Of a stretch of DNA of 64,000 nt, positions 1 to 7,823 are shown piece after piece. The position numbers and the translations under genes are program-made. Numbering within the stretch: the stretch's first letter is position 1; each line of letters begins with the position of its first letter. The notes beneath the pieces were generated by a model. It was not told the origin of the DNA and ran no database searches. It saw only the letters and a program-made list of their open reading frames with translations. Location of the stretch: positions 3,215-67,214 of the forward strand of contig DATFFM010000073.1 in NCBI GenBank assembly GCA_035250005.1, in the 5' to 3' direction. The stretch is from Vicinamibacterales bacterium. GTDB lineage: Bacteria; Acidobacteriota; Vicinamibacteria; Vicinamibacterales; 2-12-FULL-66-21.

Positions 1-2
1 AC

Positions 3-107
3 TCGTGGTTCGCCCTCAGATACCTGCTCGGCTTCGAGAACGTCCGAAACTACGACGGCTCCTGGACAGAATGGGGCAATCTTGTCAACGTGCCCATAGA
101 AAGGTAA
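3..107 (+). CDS. rhodanese-domain sulfurtransferase, C-terminal fragment (5' part outside window)
   Basis: Frame open from the window edge reads [34 protein letters not shown], the typical C-terminal tail of thiosulfate/3-mercaptopyruvate sulfurtransferases. TAA 105-107 abuts the next ATG. Confidence 0.6.
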   Translation, partial: SWFALRYLLGFENVRNYDGSWTEWGNLVNVPIER

Positions 108-554
108 ATGGTCTATCCCGCGAAGCTTCAGGCCGTCGTCGACATGTTCGCAATGTTCGATCCGGGCGACCGGACGAACATGCTGCTGGGCTATGCCGAC
201 CAGTTCCACGAGGTGCCGCGCGAGGTCGCGTCCCGGCCGTTCGACACGTCGCACCAGATCCCGCAGTGTGAGTCGGACGCCTACGCCTGGGCGATGCAGC
301 AGCCCGACGGCACGTTGAAGCTGTGGTTCGCCGTCGAGAACCCGTCGGGCGTGTCGGCCAAGGCGCTGGCGGCGATTCTCGACAAGACGCTTTCGGGGCT
401 CATGCCGGAGGAGATCGCGCAGGTGGATGCCGCGGTCGTCGAGAAGCTGTTCAGGCAGAACATCTCGATGGGCAAAGGGATGGGGCTGATGTCGATGGTG
501 GAAGCGGTGCGGTCGCTCGCGAAGGCGGCCGGCAGGGGCCGTTCAACCGGATAG
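108..554 (+). CDS. sufE: SufE-like cysteine desulfuration (sulfur acceptor) protein
   Basis: 148-aa ORF with SufE/CsdE-like sequence, including the acceptor-Cys context HQIPQCESDAYAW. ATG 108 directly follows the rhodanese stop (TAAATG), a common rhodanese-SufE pairing. Confidence 0.8.
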   Translation: MVYPAKLQAVVDMFAMFDPGDRTNMLLGYADQFHEVPREVASRPFDTSHQIPQCESDAYAWAMQQPDGTLKLWFAVENPSGVSAKALAAILDKTLSGLMPEEIAQVDAAVVEKLFRQNISMGKGMGLMSMVEAVRSLAKAAGRGRSTG

Positions 555-1334
555 CCGGGAGAGCGCGATCCCCGCCGCGACCGTGACATTGAGCGAGTCG
601 ACGTCGGGCGCGATCGGAATCCTGACCCTGATGTCGGCGGCCCGAAGCGCCGCTTCGCTCAAACCGCGCCCCTCGGCTCCGACCAGTACGACGAGTGGGC
701 CATGACCCTCGCCGGCGAAGCCATCGAGCGAGACGGCGTCGGCCGCGGGAGTCAGGGCAACGATCCTGAAACCGATCGCCTTGAAGGCCTCGAGGGCAGA
801 CGGCCACGGGCGGACGCGCGCAAAGGGCAACTGCAGCACCGCGCCCATCGACGTCCGCACCGCCTTGCGATAGAACGGGTCGCCGGTGGCGGGATCGAGC
901 AGCAGGCCGGCGGCGCCGAACGCCCACGCGACACGAAACAGCCCGCCGACATTGTCCGGGTTCCCTACCCCTTCGATCGCGAGGAGCAGCTTCGCCCCCG
1001 CGAACCGTCCCGCCACCGCATCGTCATCTTCCGCCGGACGCCGGGCGAGTGCCAGACAGCCGCGGTGAAAATCGATGCCGGTGACCTGGTTGAGGATGTC
1101 CGGACCGGCCAGATACACCGGCGCATCGGTGTCGATCGCCGCGCCGAAGTCCCGGAGCGCGGCGGGTGTCAGCAGAATCGACTGGAGCGGGAAGCGGCCG
1201 GCGGCGAGCAGGCGCCGTACCACGAGCCTCCCCTCGGCAACAAAGAGGCCATGAGCGTGCAGCCAGGCGTGATCGCCGACGTGGGCGTAGTCGGCGATCC
1301 CCGGATCGCCGTGGCCCGCAACCGGCACGATCAC
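543..1334 (-). CDS. TrmH/SpoU family RNA 2'-O-methyltransferase
   Basis: The last 263 aa of ORF 543..2243 carry SpoU motifs (LLAIEGVGNPDNVGGLFRVAWAFG, VVLVGAEGRGLS, IRIPIAPDVDSLNVTVAAGIAL). GTG 1334 lies 2 nt after the upstream gene's stop. The longer Arg/Pro-rich extension overlaps two other genes and was discarded. Confidence 0.8.
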   Translation of the reverse strand: MIVPVAGHGDPGIADYAHVGDHAWLHAHGLFVAEGRLVVRRLLAAGRFPLQSILLTPAALRDFGAAIDTDAPVYLAGPDILNQVTGIDFHRGCLALARRPAEDDDAVAGRFAGAKLLLAIEGVGNPDNVGGLFRVAWAFGAAGLLLDPATGDPFYRKAVRTSMGAVLQLPFARVRPWPSALEAFKAIGFRIVALTPAADAVSLDGFAGEGHGPLVVLVGAEGRGLSEAALRAADIRVRIPIAPDVDSLNVTVAAGIALSRLSG

Positions 1335-1336
1335 CG

Positions 1337-1930
1337 CTACTCTCGAACCACCGAGCGCCGGCTGCGATGGCTGTCGATGACGTGCTGGCCGAGACGCTTG
1401 CTCAGGAACACCTTGGACTCGTCGTTCTTGACCGGGTGGGGCACGAAGCGGATGACGTCGAACTGGAGCTGCGCGAGCGCGCTCCGCATCTCGTAGAACC
1501 GGTTTTTGGTTTTGACGACGATCTCGTCGAAGCCGTTCTCGATCGCCCAGACCTCCTGCTCCTCGGTCAGCGCGCGGAAGTGCCCCTGGCCGCGCCAGTC
1601 CTTCCGGGTGCCGCCGATCCACTGGTACAGCACGCGGCGGCCATCGAACTCCACCACGTCTTCGAGCTGGAGGACCAGATCGGCGAGCTTGGGATCGCTT
1701 TCCCCCGTCCGCAGCTCGTGCGCCACCTTGAAAGACACCGGGACGATGGAACCGGGATCCGAAGGCAACGGGGCCTCCGCCATCAGGATCTGGTGGTCGC
1801 GGCTGTCGAGGCGCTGGATCACTTCCGCGGCGGTCTTCTTTCGCGGAAAGTCGAGGAAATACTCCTCGATGTACTGAATCTCGAGCGCCCCTTGCTGCAG
1901 GGAGTACTGTTTGATCAGGTATTCGTTCAC
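1337..1930 (-). CDS. GNAT-family N-acetyltransferase (probable)
   Basis: 197-aa ATG-initiated ORF with ordinary (non-GC-skewed) composition and a GNAT-like core (YQWIGGTRKDWRGQGHFRALTEEQEVWAIENGFDEIVVKTKN). Confidence 0.65.
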   Translation of the reverse strand: MNEYLIKQYSLQQGALEIQYIEEYFLDFPRKKTAAEVIQRLDSRDHQILMAEAPLPSDPGSIVPVSFKVAHELRTGESDPKLADLVLQLEDVVEFDGRRVLYQWIGGTRKDWRGQGHFRALTEEQEVWAIENGFDEIVVKTKNRFYEMRSALAQLQFDVIRFVPHPVKNDESKVFLSKRLGQHVIDSHRSRRSVVRE

Positions 1931-1947
1931 AGAAGAGCGAATTATAA

Positions 1948-1996
1948 CGTGCTGCGTGCTTCGTGCTGCCGTGTTCGTGCTGCCTGCGACGTGCCG
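1948..1996. repeat. degenerate heptamer tandem array (CGTGCTG)x7
   Basis: Consecutive 7-nt units: cgtgctg cgtgctt cgtgctg ccgtgtt cgtgctg cctgcga cgtgccg. It fills the gap between the acylase stop (2002) and the GNAT start (1930), both on the minus strand. Confidence 0.8.
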
Positions 1997-2001
1997 GGCA
2001 A

Positions 2002-4185
2002 TCAGGGCTTATACGACCGCAGCAGGTTCGCCTGAATGTCCGCTTCCGAGTACCAGGCGCGGCGCAGCTTGTGCTCCGCGAACAGTTGCAGCTGATCGCT
2101 GCTGTGGGGCGACTCGGGCCGGGTGGTCTGGCCGTACGCCAGAATGGACCACGCGTGACCGGGCTTCGAAAAGTCGACGAGCAGCACCCACCCATCCCCG
2201 AAGCCGACCGGGGTGTCGCGGCCGGGGACGTGGCCGGCCACACGCACGCTGGCGCCGGACCCTTCGACCGGCGCTGACGCTGGAATGGCGGTAAACGTCA
2301 GAACGCGAAAGGTTCCGTACGTGCCGGTCGCGCCGTCGCCCGGCAGGTCGAGCGATCCCGCACGAAACCGATTGACCTCCCCCCACGCCACACGTTCTGA
2401 TCCGTACTGCTCGCGGACCGAACGGACCGCCGCGGCCAGCTGGGCAACGGCCGCGGCCGGATCGGCGATCCCGAACGGCGTCTTCGCCGGGTTCGACGAC
2501 TGCCACGGCGTCGCAAACGGCGGACGGACGGCGCCGGAATAGAGCTCCCAGAACCGCTGGAACAGCAGGGCGCCGCGGCTCCCGGCAGAGACGTGGTCGT
2601 CCCACGCCGCCAGCGCATCGGCCCCCGCCCGGGCTTCCTCCGGTGCGTCGGAGACCGCGCGCACCGCCTCGATCACGTCACGCTTCACGCGCTCGGCAAG
2701 CAGCATCCGGGTGGAGTACTTGACATCGATGACATCGTCGACCGAGTACCGCTCCTTCGCCTCGAGCAGGTCGAGGGCGAGCTGCGGGCGAAGCGCAAGC
2801 GGGCCGCGCTCGAACTGGGCGGGGAACTTCGACATGTCGATCGGGTCGCGAAGCGACACGAACTGCGGCGGGTTGTTCGCGTTCTGGACGTATCCACCAG
2901 GCGGGTTGAGCAGTCGCGGGAAGTCGTCGATCGAATGAAAGCGCGACCAGAGATCGGCGCTGGTAGTCGCGTCGAGGTCGAGCCGGTAGTCGCGCCCCTC
3001 GTCGCGGACGGGTACGCGGCCGTTCCAGTAATACTGGATGTTGCCGTCGGCATCCGCATAGGTGAAATTGGAGGTCGGGACATAGTTGCGCCGCATCTCG
3101 GTCATCCAGTCCCTCAGGTTCCGCGTCTTGCTCAGGACGTAGAACCCCTCGAAGTACTGGAAGGCATCGAGGCGCGCGGACTTCACGGCAAACGCCAGGC
3201 CGGCGGTGCGATACACGACCGGTCCAACATGCGACGACCAGAACGTGCGCGCTTCCGTACGCACCGAGCCGTCCTCGCTGCGAACCTGCACCGTCGCATC
3301 ACGGCGCTCGAGCGGCATCGACCGGCCGTCGAACACATAGTGATCGGGCCGCTGCGGATCCAGCTTCAGCGCAAACACATCGTCCAGGTCCGGGGCATTG
3401 TTGGTGGTGACGAATCCCAGCCGGTCGTTGAACCCCGCGCGCAGCACCGGAATCCCGACCAGCGTCGAGCCGTAGAAGTCGATTTTGCCGGGCACGCGCA
3501 CGTGCGCCTCCCAGTACAGGGAGGACCATTGCAGATGAGGGTTCCCGAGCAGGATCGGCTTGCCGGTGGTCGTGCGCGAACCGGCGAGCGCGAACGCGTT
3601 GGATCCGGGCGCCTCGTCGGTCCAGGAGGCCTCCTCGTCCGTCCTCGTCGCCCCCTCGTACTTTTCACGAAGCCGACGAACCAGCGCCGGGCCTCCCAGG
3701 GAGCTCGCCGCACCCGCGCGCGTGTTCGCGAGCACGTCGGCGGCCGTCAACTCGGGCATCCAGGCGGGCAGATCGGCGCGATGCACGCGGACGTACCGGT
3801 TCACGCCGGCGGCATACGCGCCGATGATGCGCCGATACAACGGCGTGATGGTGTCGAGGGCGGCCCGGGAAGCCGCGAGATTGTCGAACTGGGCCATCGC
3901 CAGGTCGTTCGACAGGCCGGTCTCGCCGAAGTTGAGCGCTTCTTCGCCGCGCGCGCTGAGGTACCGGCGGCCGATCTCGGCGGCGTGGTCCTCGGCCTGT
4001 GCGTAGCCGAAGCCAAAGGCGGCGGCTTCCTCCGTGTCGGCCAGGATGTGCGGGATGCCGTAGGTGTCGCGCCGGATCGTCACCTGCTGGGCAAGGATGT
4101 CCGCCGACGGCAGTTCGGGCCGCTTCGGAACGCAGGCGAAACTGACCGCCAGAAGGGAGACGACGAGCAGACGACGAGGACGCAT
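2002..4185 (-). CDS. penicillin acylase / acyl-homoserine-lactone acylase family Ntn-hydrolase (lipoprotein signal)
   Basis: Signal plus lipobox MRPRRLLVVSLLAVSFAC. Nucleophile context APGSNAFALAGSRTTTGKPILLGNPHLQW, typical of the penicillin amidase family. Size is about 727 aa. Start taken at ATG 4185 (Met17 of ORF 2002..4233). Confidence 0.9.
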   Translation of the reverse strand: MRPRRLLVVSLLAVSFACVPKRPELPSADILAQQVTIRRDTYGIPHILADTEEAAAFGFGYAQAEDHAAEIGRRYLSARGEEALNFGETGLSNDLAMAQFDNLAASRAALDTITPLYRRIIGAYAAGVNRYVRVHRADLPAWMPELTAADVLANTRAGAASSLGGPALVRRLREKYEGATRTDEEASWTDEAPGSNAFALAGSRTTTGKPILLGNPHLQWSSLYWEAHVRVPGKIDFYGSTLVGIPVLRAGFNDRLGFVTTNNAPDLDDVFALKLDPQRPDHYVFDGRSMPLERRDATVQVRSEDGSVRTEARTFWSSHVGPVVYRTAGLAFAVKSARLDAFQYFEGFYVLSKTRNLRDWMTEMRRNYVPTSNFTYADADGNIQYYWNGRVPVRDEGRDYRLDLDATTSADLWSRFHSIDDFPRLLNPPGGYVQNANNPPQFVSLRDPIDMSKFPAQFERGPLALRPQLALDLLEAKERYSVDDVIDVKYSTRMLLAERVKRDVIEAVRAVSDAPEEARAGADALAAWDDHVSAGSRGALLFQRFWELYSGAVRPPFATPWQSSNPAKTPFGIADPAAAVAQLAAAVRSVREQYGSERVAWGEVNRFRAGSLDLPGDGATGTYGTFRVLTFTAIPASAPVEGSGASVRVAGHVPGRDTPVGFGDGWVLLVDFSKPGHAWSILAYGQTTRPESPHSSDQLQLFAEHKLRRAWYSEADIQANLLRSYKP

Positions 4186-4239
4186 GCCGCAGAGTGTAAC
4201 GGAGGCCTGGCCATCGTGTGTCCGCTGATCCATCTCCAG

Positions 4240-6663
4240 CTAGTCCGCCCGCAGGGCGACGATCGGATCCACGCGCGCGGCGCGCCTCGCCGGGACATAG
4301 GCGGCAGCAAGTGAGACGACCGCGAGCAGACCGGCGACCGCCACGAACGTCGCCGGGTCATGGGGGCTGGTGTCGAACAGCAGCTGCGCGACCAGCCACT
4401 CGGTCAGGAGAAACGCCGCGACGACGCCGATGAGCACGCCGCCGGAGGCCATGACCATCGCCTCGCGGACGATGAGGCCGAGCACGGCACGCTGTCGGGC
4501 CCCGAGCGCCATGCGAATACCGATCTCGCGTGTCCGCTGCGCCACCGCGTAGGAGAGCACGCCGAAGATCCCGATGGCGGCGAGCGTCAGCGCCACGCCG
4601 GCGAAAACCGCCAGCAGCGTCATGTAGAAGCGCGGCTGGGAAATCGAGCGCGCGACCAGCTCCTCGAGCGTGCGGACGTTGGCCACCGGCAGGTTGCCAT
4701 CCAGGGAATAGACCGCGCGGCGCGCCGGCTCGGCGACGCTGCCGGCCGGCACCGCGGTCTTCAGGACGAGACTCATGCCCTGAACCGGCCACTGGCGGTA
4801 CGCCAGATAGATCTGCGGGGGATCGGGCTCGTCGAGACCGGCATCCTTGATGTCACCGATGACGCCCACCACCTCTCCGCCGGCGCGGGGTCGGTTCGGC
4901 CCGCGTCCCCAGCCAAGCGTGATCTTCTTTCCGAGCGGGTCCTCATTGCGGAAGTACTGCTTCGCCGCCGCCTCCGTGATCAAGACGACCGGGGGTGTGT
5001 TGGAGCGGTCGTCCTCGGAAAAGAAGCGCCCCTTTCTCAGCGGAATACCGATGGTCTGAAAGTACTGCGGGGTTGCGACGCGCACCTGCATGGCGGGCTG
5101 CTGCGACGGCGGCACGGGCGGGCGTCCGGCCACTTCGAACGTCAGGACGATGCTGCTGCCGCTGAGCGGCAGCGACAGGACGGCCGCGGCGGCTTCGACG
5201 CCGGGGATGGCTTCGAGGCGCGGCAACAGGGCGTCAAAGAACGCCACCTGCTGGGCCTCCTCCGTGTAGCGGGCGTCCGGCAGTGACACCTCGAAGGTGA
5301 GTGCCTCCTGGACGCGAAAGCCGGGATCGACCGACGCCAGTCTGCTGAAACTGCGGATCAGCAGTCCGGCGCCTGCCAGCAGGGTCACCGCAAGCGCGAC
5401 CTCCGCAACCACCAGCGTCGTCCGCATGCGGGCGCCGCCGCGGGTGGTGAGCGCGCCGCGCGCGCCTTCCTTCAGCGTCGTTGAGATCCCGCTGCGCGTG
5501 GACTGGAATGCCGGAACCGCTCCGAACAGCAGACCGGTGATCAGCGCCAGGCCCATGGTGAAGCCGATCACCTCGACATCGACGCGCACTTCGCCAAGCC
5601 GCGGGACGCCCTGCGGCTCGAGCGCAATGAGCGCCTCGACGCCCCAGACCGCCAGCAGGAGGCCGAGCGCGCCCCCAACCAGGCTGAGGATCAGGCTTTC
5701 GGTCAGGAGTTGCCGGATCAGCCGCCAGCGGCCGGCGCCGAGGGCGGCGCGAACCGCGATCTCGCTCTCGCGGGAGGCCGCGCGCGCGAGCAGCAGATTC
5801 GCCACGTTCACGCAGGCGATCAGCAGCACGAACCCGACCGCGCCGAGCAGGATCCAGAAGGCGGTGCGCAGGTCGCCGACCATTGCTTCGTGGAGCGACA
5901 CCGCCGAGATGTCGACTCCCTCATTGCTGTCGGGATACTGTTTCGCCAGCTGTCGCCCGATCGTCTCGATCTCGGCGCGTACCTGCTCGACCGACACGCC
6001 CGGCCGGGTCCGGCCAACCGCCTGGAGGTACCAGGCGCCGCGCTGGGTCGTGGTCAGATTCTCCGAGTACTCCAGCGGCGTCCAGATCGCGCGCGCGGCG
6101 GGGAACGAGAACCTGTCCGGCATGACGCCAACGATTTCGTGCGCGACGCCGTCGAGGGTCAGGCGCTTGCCGACCGCCGCCGGATCGCCGCCGAACCGCT
6201 GCTGCCAGAGGGCGTAGCTGAGAATCGCGACGTGCGTCTTGCCCGGCTCGTTCTCGTCGGCACGAAAAGTCCGCCCGAGGTGCGCCGCCACGCCGAGCAG
6301 GTCGAAGAGGGAGGCACTGACCTCGGCGCCGTCCAGCCGGACAGGCTCCCCCCGGCCGGTCAGAATAGTGCGGCTCCGCGTGTAGGCTGCCGCGTCCCGG
6401 AGCGTGGTATTCAGCTTCCGGACGTCGGTGAAGTTCGGCCCCGACAACGGTGCGCGCCGCCCTTCGGAGAGATGGTAGAGGCCGACGATCTGGTGCGGAT
6501 CCTTATACGGCAGAGGCTGCAGCAGAACGGCATTGACGACGCTGAAGATCGCCGTGTTGGCCCCGATGCCGAGAGCCAGGGTGAGCAGGGCGACGACGGT
6601 GAAGGCCGGGCTCTTGATCAGCCGGCGGAAGGCATATCGAATATCGTGTCCGAGCGTGTCCAT
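4240..6663 (-). CDS. MacB/FtsX-type duplicated permease, ADOP-like (paralog 1, no prefix domain)
   Basis: Starts [41 protein letters not shown]. Two MacB-periplasmic plus FtsX modules, each with an RTREIG(I/V)R(M/A)ALGA loop. C-terminal [17 protein letters not shown]. Upstream part of ORF 4240..7002 rejected. Confidence 0.9.
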   Translation of the reverse strand: MDTLGHDIRYAFRRLIKSPAFTVVALLTLALGIGANTAIFSVVNAVLLQPLPYKDPHQIVGLYHLSEGRRAPLSGPNFTDVRKLNTTLRDAAAYTRSRTILTGRGEPVRLDGAEVSASLFDLLGVAAHLGRTFRADENEPGKTHVAILSYALWQQRFGGDPAAVGKRLTLDGVAHEIVGVMPDRFSFPAARAIWTPLEYSENLTTTQRGAWYLQAVGRTRPGVSVEQVRAEIETIGRQLAKQYPDSNEGVDISAVSLHEAMVGDLRTAFWILLGAVGFVLLIACVNVANLLLARAASRESEIAVRAALGAGRWRLIRQLLTESLILSLVGGALGLLLAVWGVEALIALEPQGVPRLGEVRVDVEVIGFTMGLALITGLLFGAVPAFQSTRSGISTTLKEGARGALTTRGGARMRTTLVVAEVALAVTLLAGAGLLIRSFSRLASVDPGFRVQEALTFEVSLPDARYTEEAQQVAFFDALLPRLEAIPGVEAAAAVLSLPLSGSSIVLTFEVAGRPPVPPSQQPAMQVRVATPQYFQTIGIPLRKGRFFSEDDRSNTPPVVLITEAAAKQYFRNEDPLGKKITLGWGRGPNRPRAGGEVVGVIGDIKDAGLDEPDPPQIYLAYRQWPVQGMSLVLKTAVPAGSVAEPARRAVYSLDGNLPVANVRTLEELVARSISQPRFYMTLLAVFAGVALTLAAIGIFGVLSYAVAQRTREIGIRMALGARQRAVLGLIVREAMVMASGGVLIGVVAAFLLTEWLVAQLLFDTSPHDPATFVAVAGLLAVVSLAAAYVPARRAARVDPIVALRAD

Positions 6664-6832
6664 TGAATCCCCTGTCGCGGTGACGGCGAAGCCTGACCGG
6701 TGAGCCAACCGCGTGCCGACTGGCAGGAGCGGAGAAAAACCGCTATTTTCAGGTACTTTTCCATGGAAGATGACGCGTGGCTGGCGACCTGACGTCCGCG
6801 TCTGGTCACCGGCAATCCCGGAAACGAACAGC

Positions 6833-7399
6833 ATGACTTCACTGCCCGACGACCTGCAGAAACTGCTCGACGCCATGAACGCAGCCGATGACGCCGCCGA
6901 CGCGCTCGCGTCCCGGGTGACCGACGAGGAGTTCTTCTGGCGCCCCGACGAGAAGCGCTGGAGTATCGCGCTCTGCCTGGACCACCTCGCGGTCGCGAAC
7001 ACGGTCTACGGCCAGGCGATCCGCGAAGCGGTGGACCACGCGCGTGCGCGCGGCTGGACGCGCAGGGACCCGGCCGCGCCCGGTTTCTTCGGGCGGATGT
7101 TCGTGGCGTCGCTCGAGCCCCCGCCGAAGCGTCGGAGCTCGGCGCCGGGCAAGATCAAGCCGCGGCCGGTCACGAGCCGCGAAACGCTCCTGCGGGCGTA
7201 TCACCACGCACACGACGAGATCCGGCGGGTGATCAGGGATGCGGCGACGATCGACGTCAATCGCGCGACGTTCCGCAACCCGTTCATCGGGCTGGTCAGG
7301 GTCAGGGTGTCGACCGCATTCAACGTGATCGCCGCGCACGATCGGCGGCACCTGTGGCAGGCGGAGCAGGTGGAGAAGGCTCTGCGCTCGCGGGTGTAG
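6833..7399 (+). CDS. DinB-family (DinB_2-like) protein
   Basis: 188-aa protein with DinB-like helices and conserved His positions ([15 protein letters not shown] ... [16 protein letters not shown]). ATG 6833 chosen inside ORF 6713..7399. Confidence 0.75.
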   Translation: MTSLPDDLQKLLDAMNAADDAADALASRVTDEEFFWRPDEKRWSIALCLDHLAVANTVYGQAIREAVDHARARGWTRRDPAAPGFFGRMFVASLEPPPKRRSSAPGKIKPRPVTSRETLLRAYHHAHDEIRRVIRDAATIDVNRATFRNPFIGLVRVRVSTAFNVIAAHDRRHLWQAEQVEKALRSRV

Positions 7400-7404
7400 C
7401 GTGC

Positions 7405-7433
7405 TTGCACTCCAGTAACGATTCGTGTTATAT
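7405..7433 (+). promoter_or_regulatory. candidate sigma70-type promoter with imperfect palindrome upstream of padR-1
   Basis: TTGCAC (7405-7410) - 17 nt - TTATAT (7428-7433). The spacer holds TAACGAtTCGTgTTA. GAGG lies 6 nt before ATG 7460. AT-rich patch in GC-rich DNA. Confidence 0.4.
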
Positions 7434-7459
7434 CCAACTTCGTCATAACGAGGTTCGAT

Positions 7460-7819
7460 ATGCCAAGAGACCTGGAGTCGGAGGTGCAGGCGCTATTGCC
7501 GCTGGCGCCGGCCTTTCTACATATCCTCATTGCCCTCGGCGAGGGGGAGCGGCACGGCTACAGCATCATGCAGGAGGTCGCCGACCGCACGTCAGGCCGC
7601 GTCCGGATGAGCCCCGGCACGCTCTACGGTTCGATCAAACGTATGCTCGCCGACGGCCTGATCGAGGAGCTGACCACCGGCACCGCCGGAGCCGACGAGC
7701 GACGCCGGTTCTACCGGCTCACCAAGTTCGGACGGCGGGTTGCGGCTGCCGAGGCCGACCGGCTCTCGTCTCTGCTGTTGCAGGCGCGGGCCTCCGGGCT
7801 CGTGCCGAAGCGGTCCTGA
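7460..7819 (+). CDS. PadR-family transcriptional regulator (module 1)
   Basis: 119 aa. Winged-helix PadR signature FLHILIALGEGERHGYSIMQEV...GTLYGSIKRMLADGLIEE...RRFYRLTKFG. Confidence 0.9.
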   Translation: MPRDLESEVQALLPLAPAFLHILIALGEGERHGYSIMQEVADRTSGRVRMSPGTLYGSIKRMLADGLIEELTTGTAGADERRRFYRLTKFGRRVAAAEADRLSSLLLQARASGLVPKRS

Positions 7820-7823
7820 AGCC

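Noticed and set aside
2593-4314. 573-aa ORF on the plus strand, antisense to the acylase gene. Similar long antisense or shadow ORFs occur at 11936-14077, 18274-19818, 21978-23150, 25841-27412, 28916-30034, 35930-37048, 37869-39041, 40279-42126, 47264-48631, 49537-50931, 58664-60499 and 61489-62826.
   Set aside because: All lie opposite genes with strong family motifs. They have Arg/Gly/Asp/His/Pro-dominated low-complexity composition typical of stop-poor frames in high-GC DNA, and they contain no recognisable motifs.
6664-7002. N-terminal extensions of real genes in the ORF track (4240-7002, 543-2243, 32965-34755, 43413-43955, 43519-43752, 55531-58662, 39883-40020, 6713-6832).
   Set aside because: The conserved protein sequence begins at an internal start with a signal peptide, family N-terminus, SD or stop-start coupling. 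The upstream parts are compositionally odd and overlap neighbouring genes or promoters.
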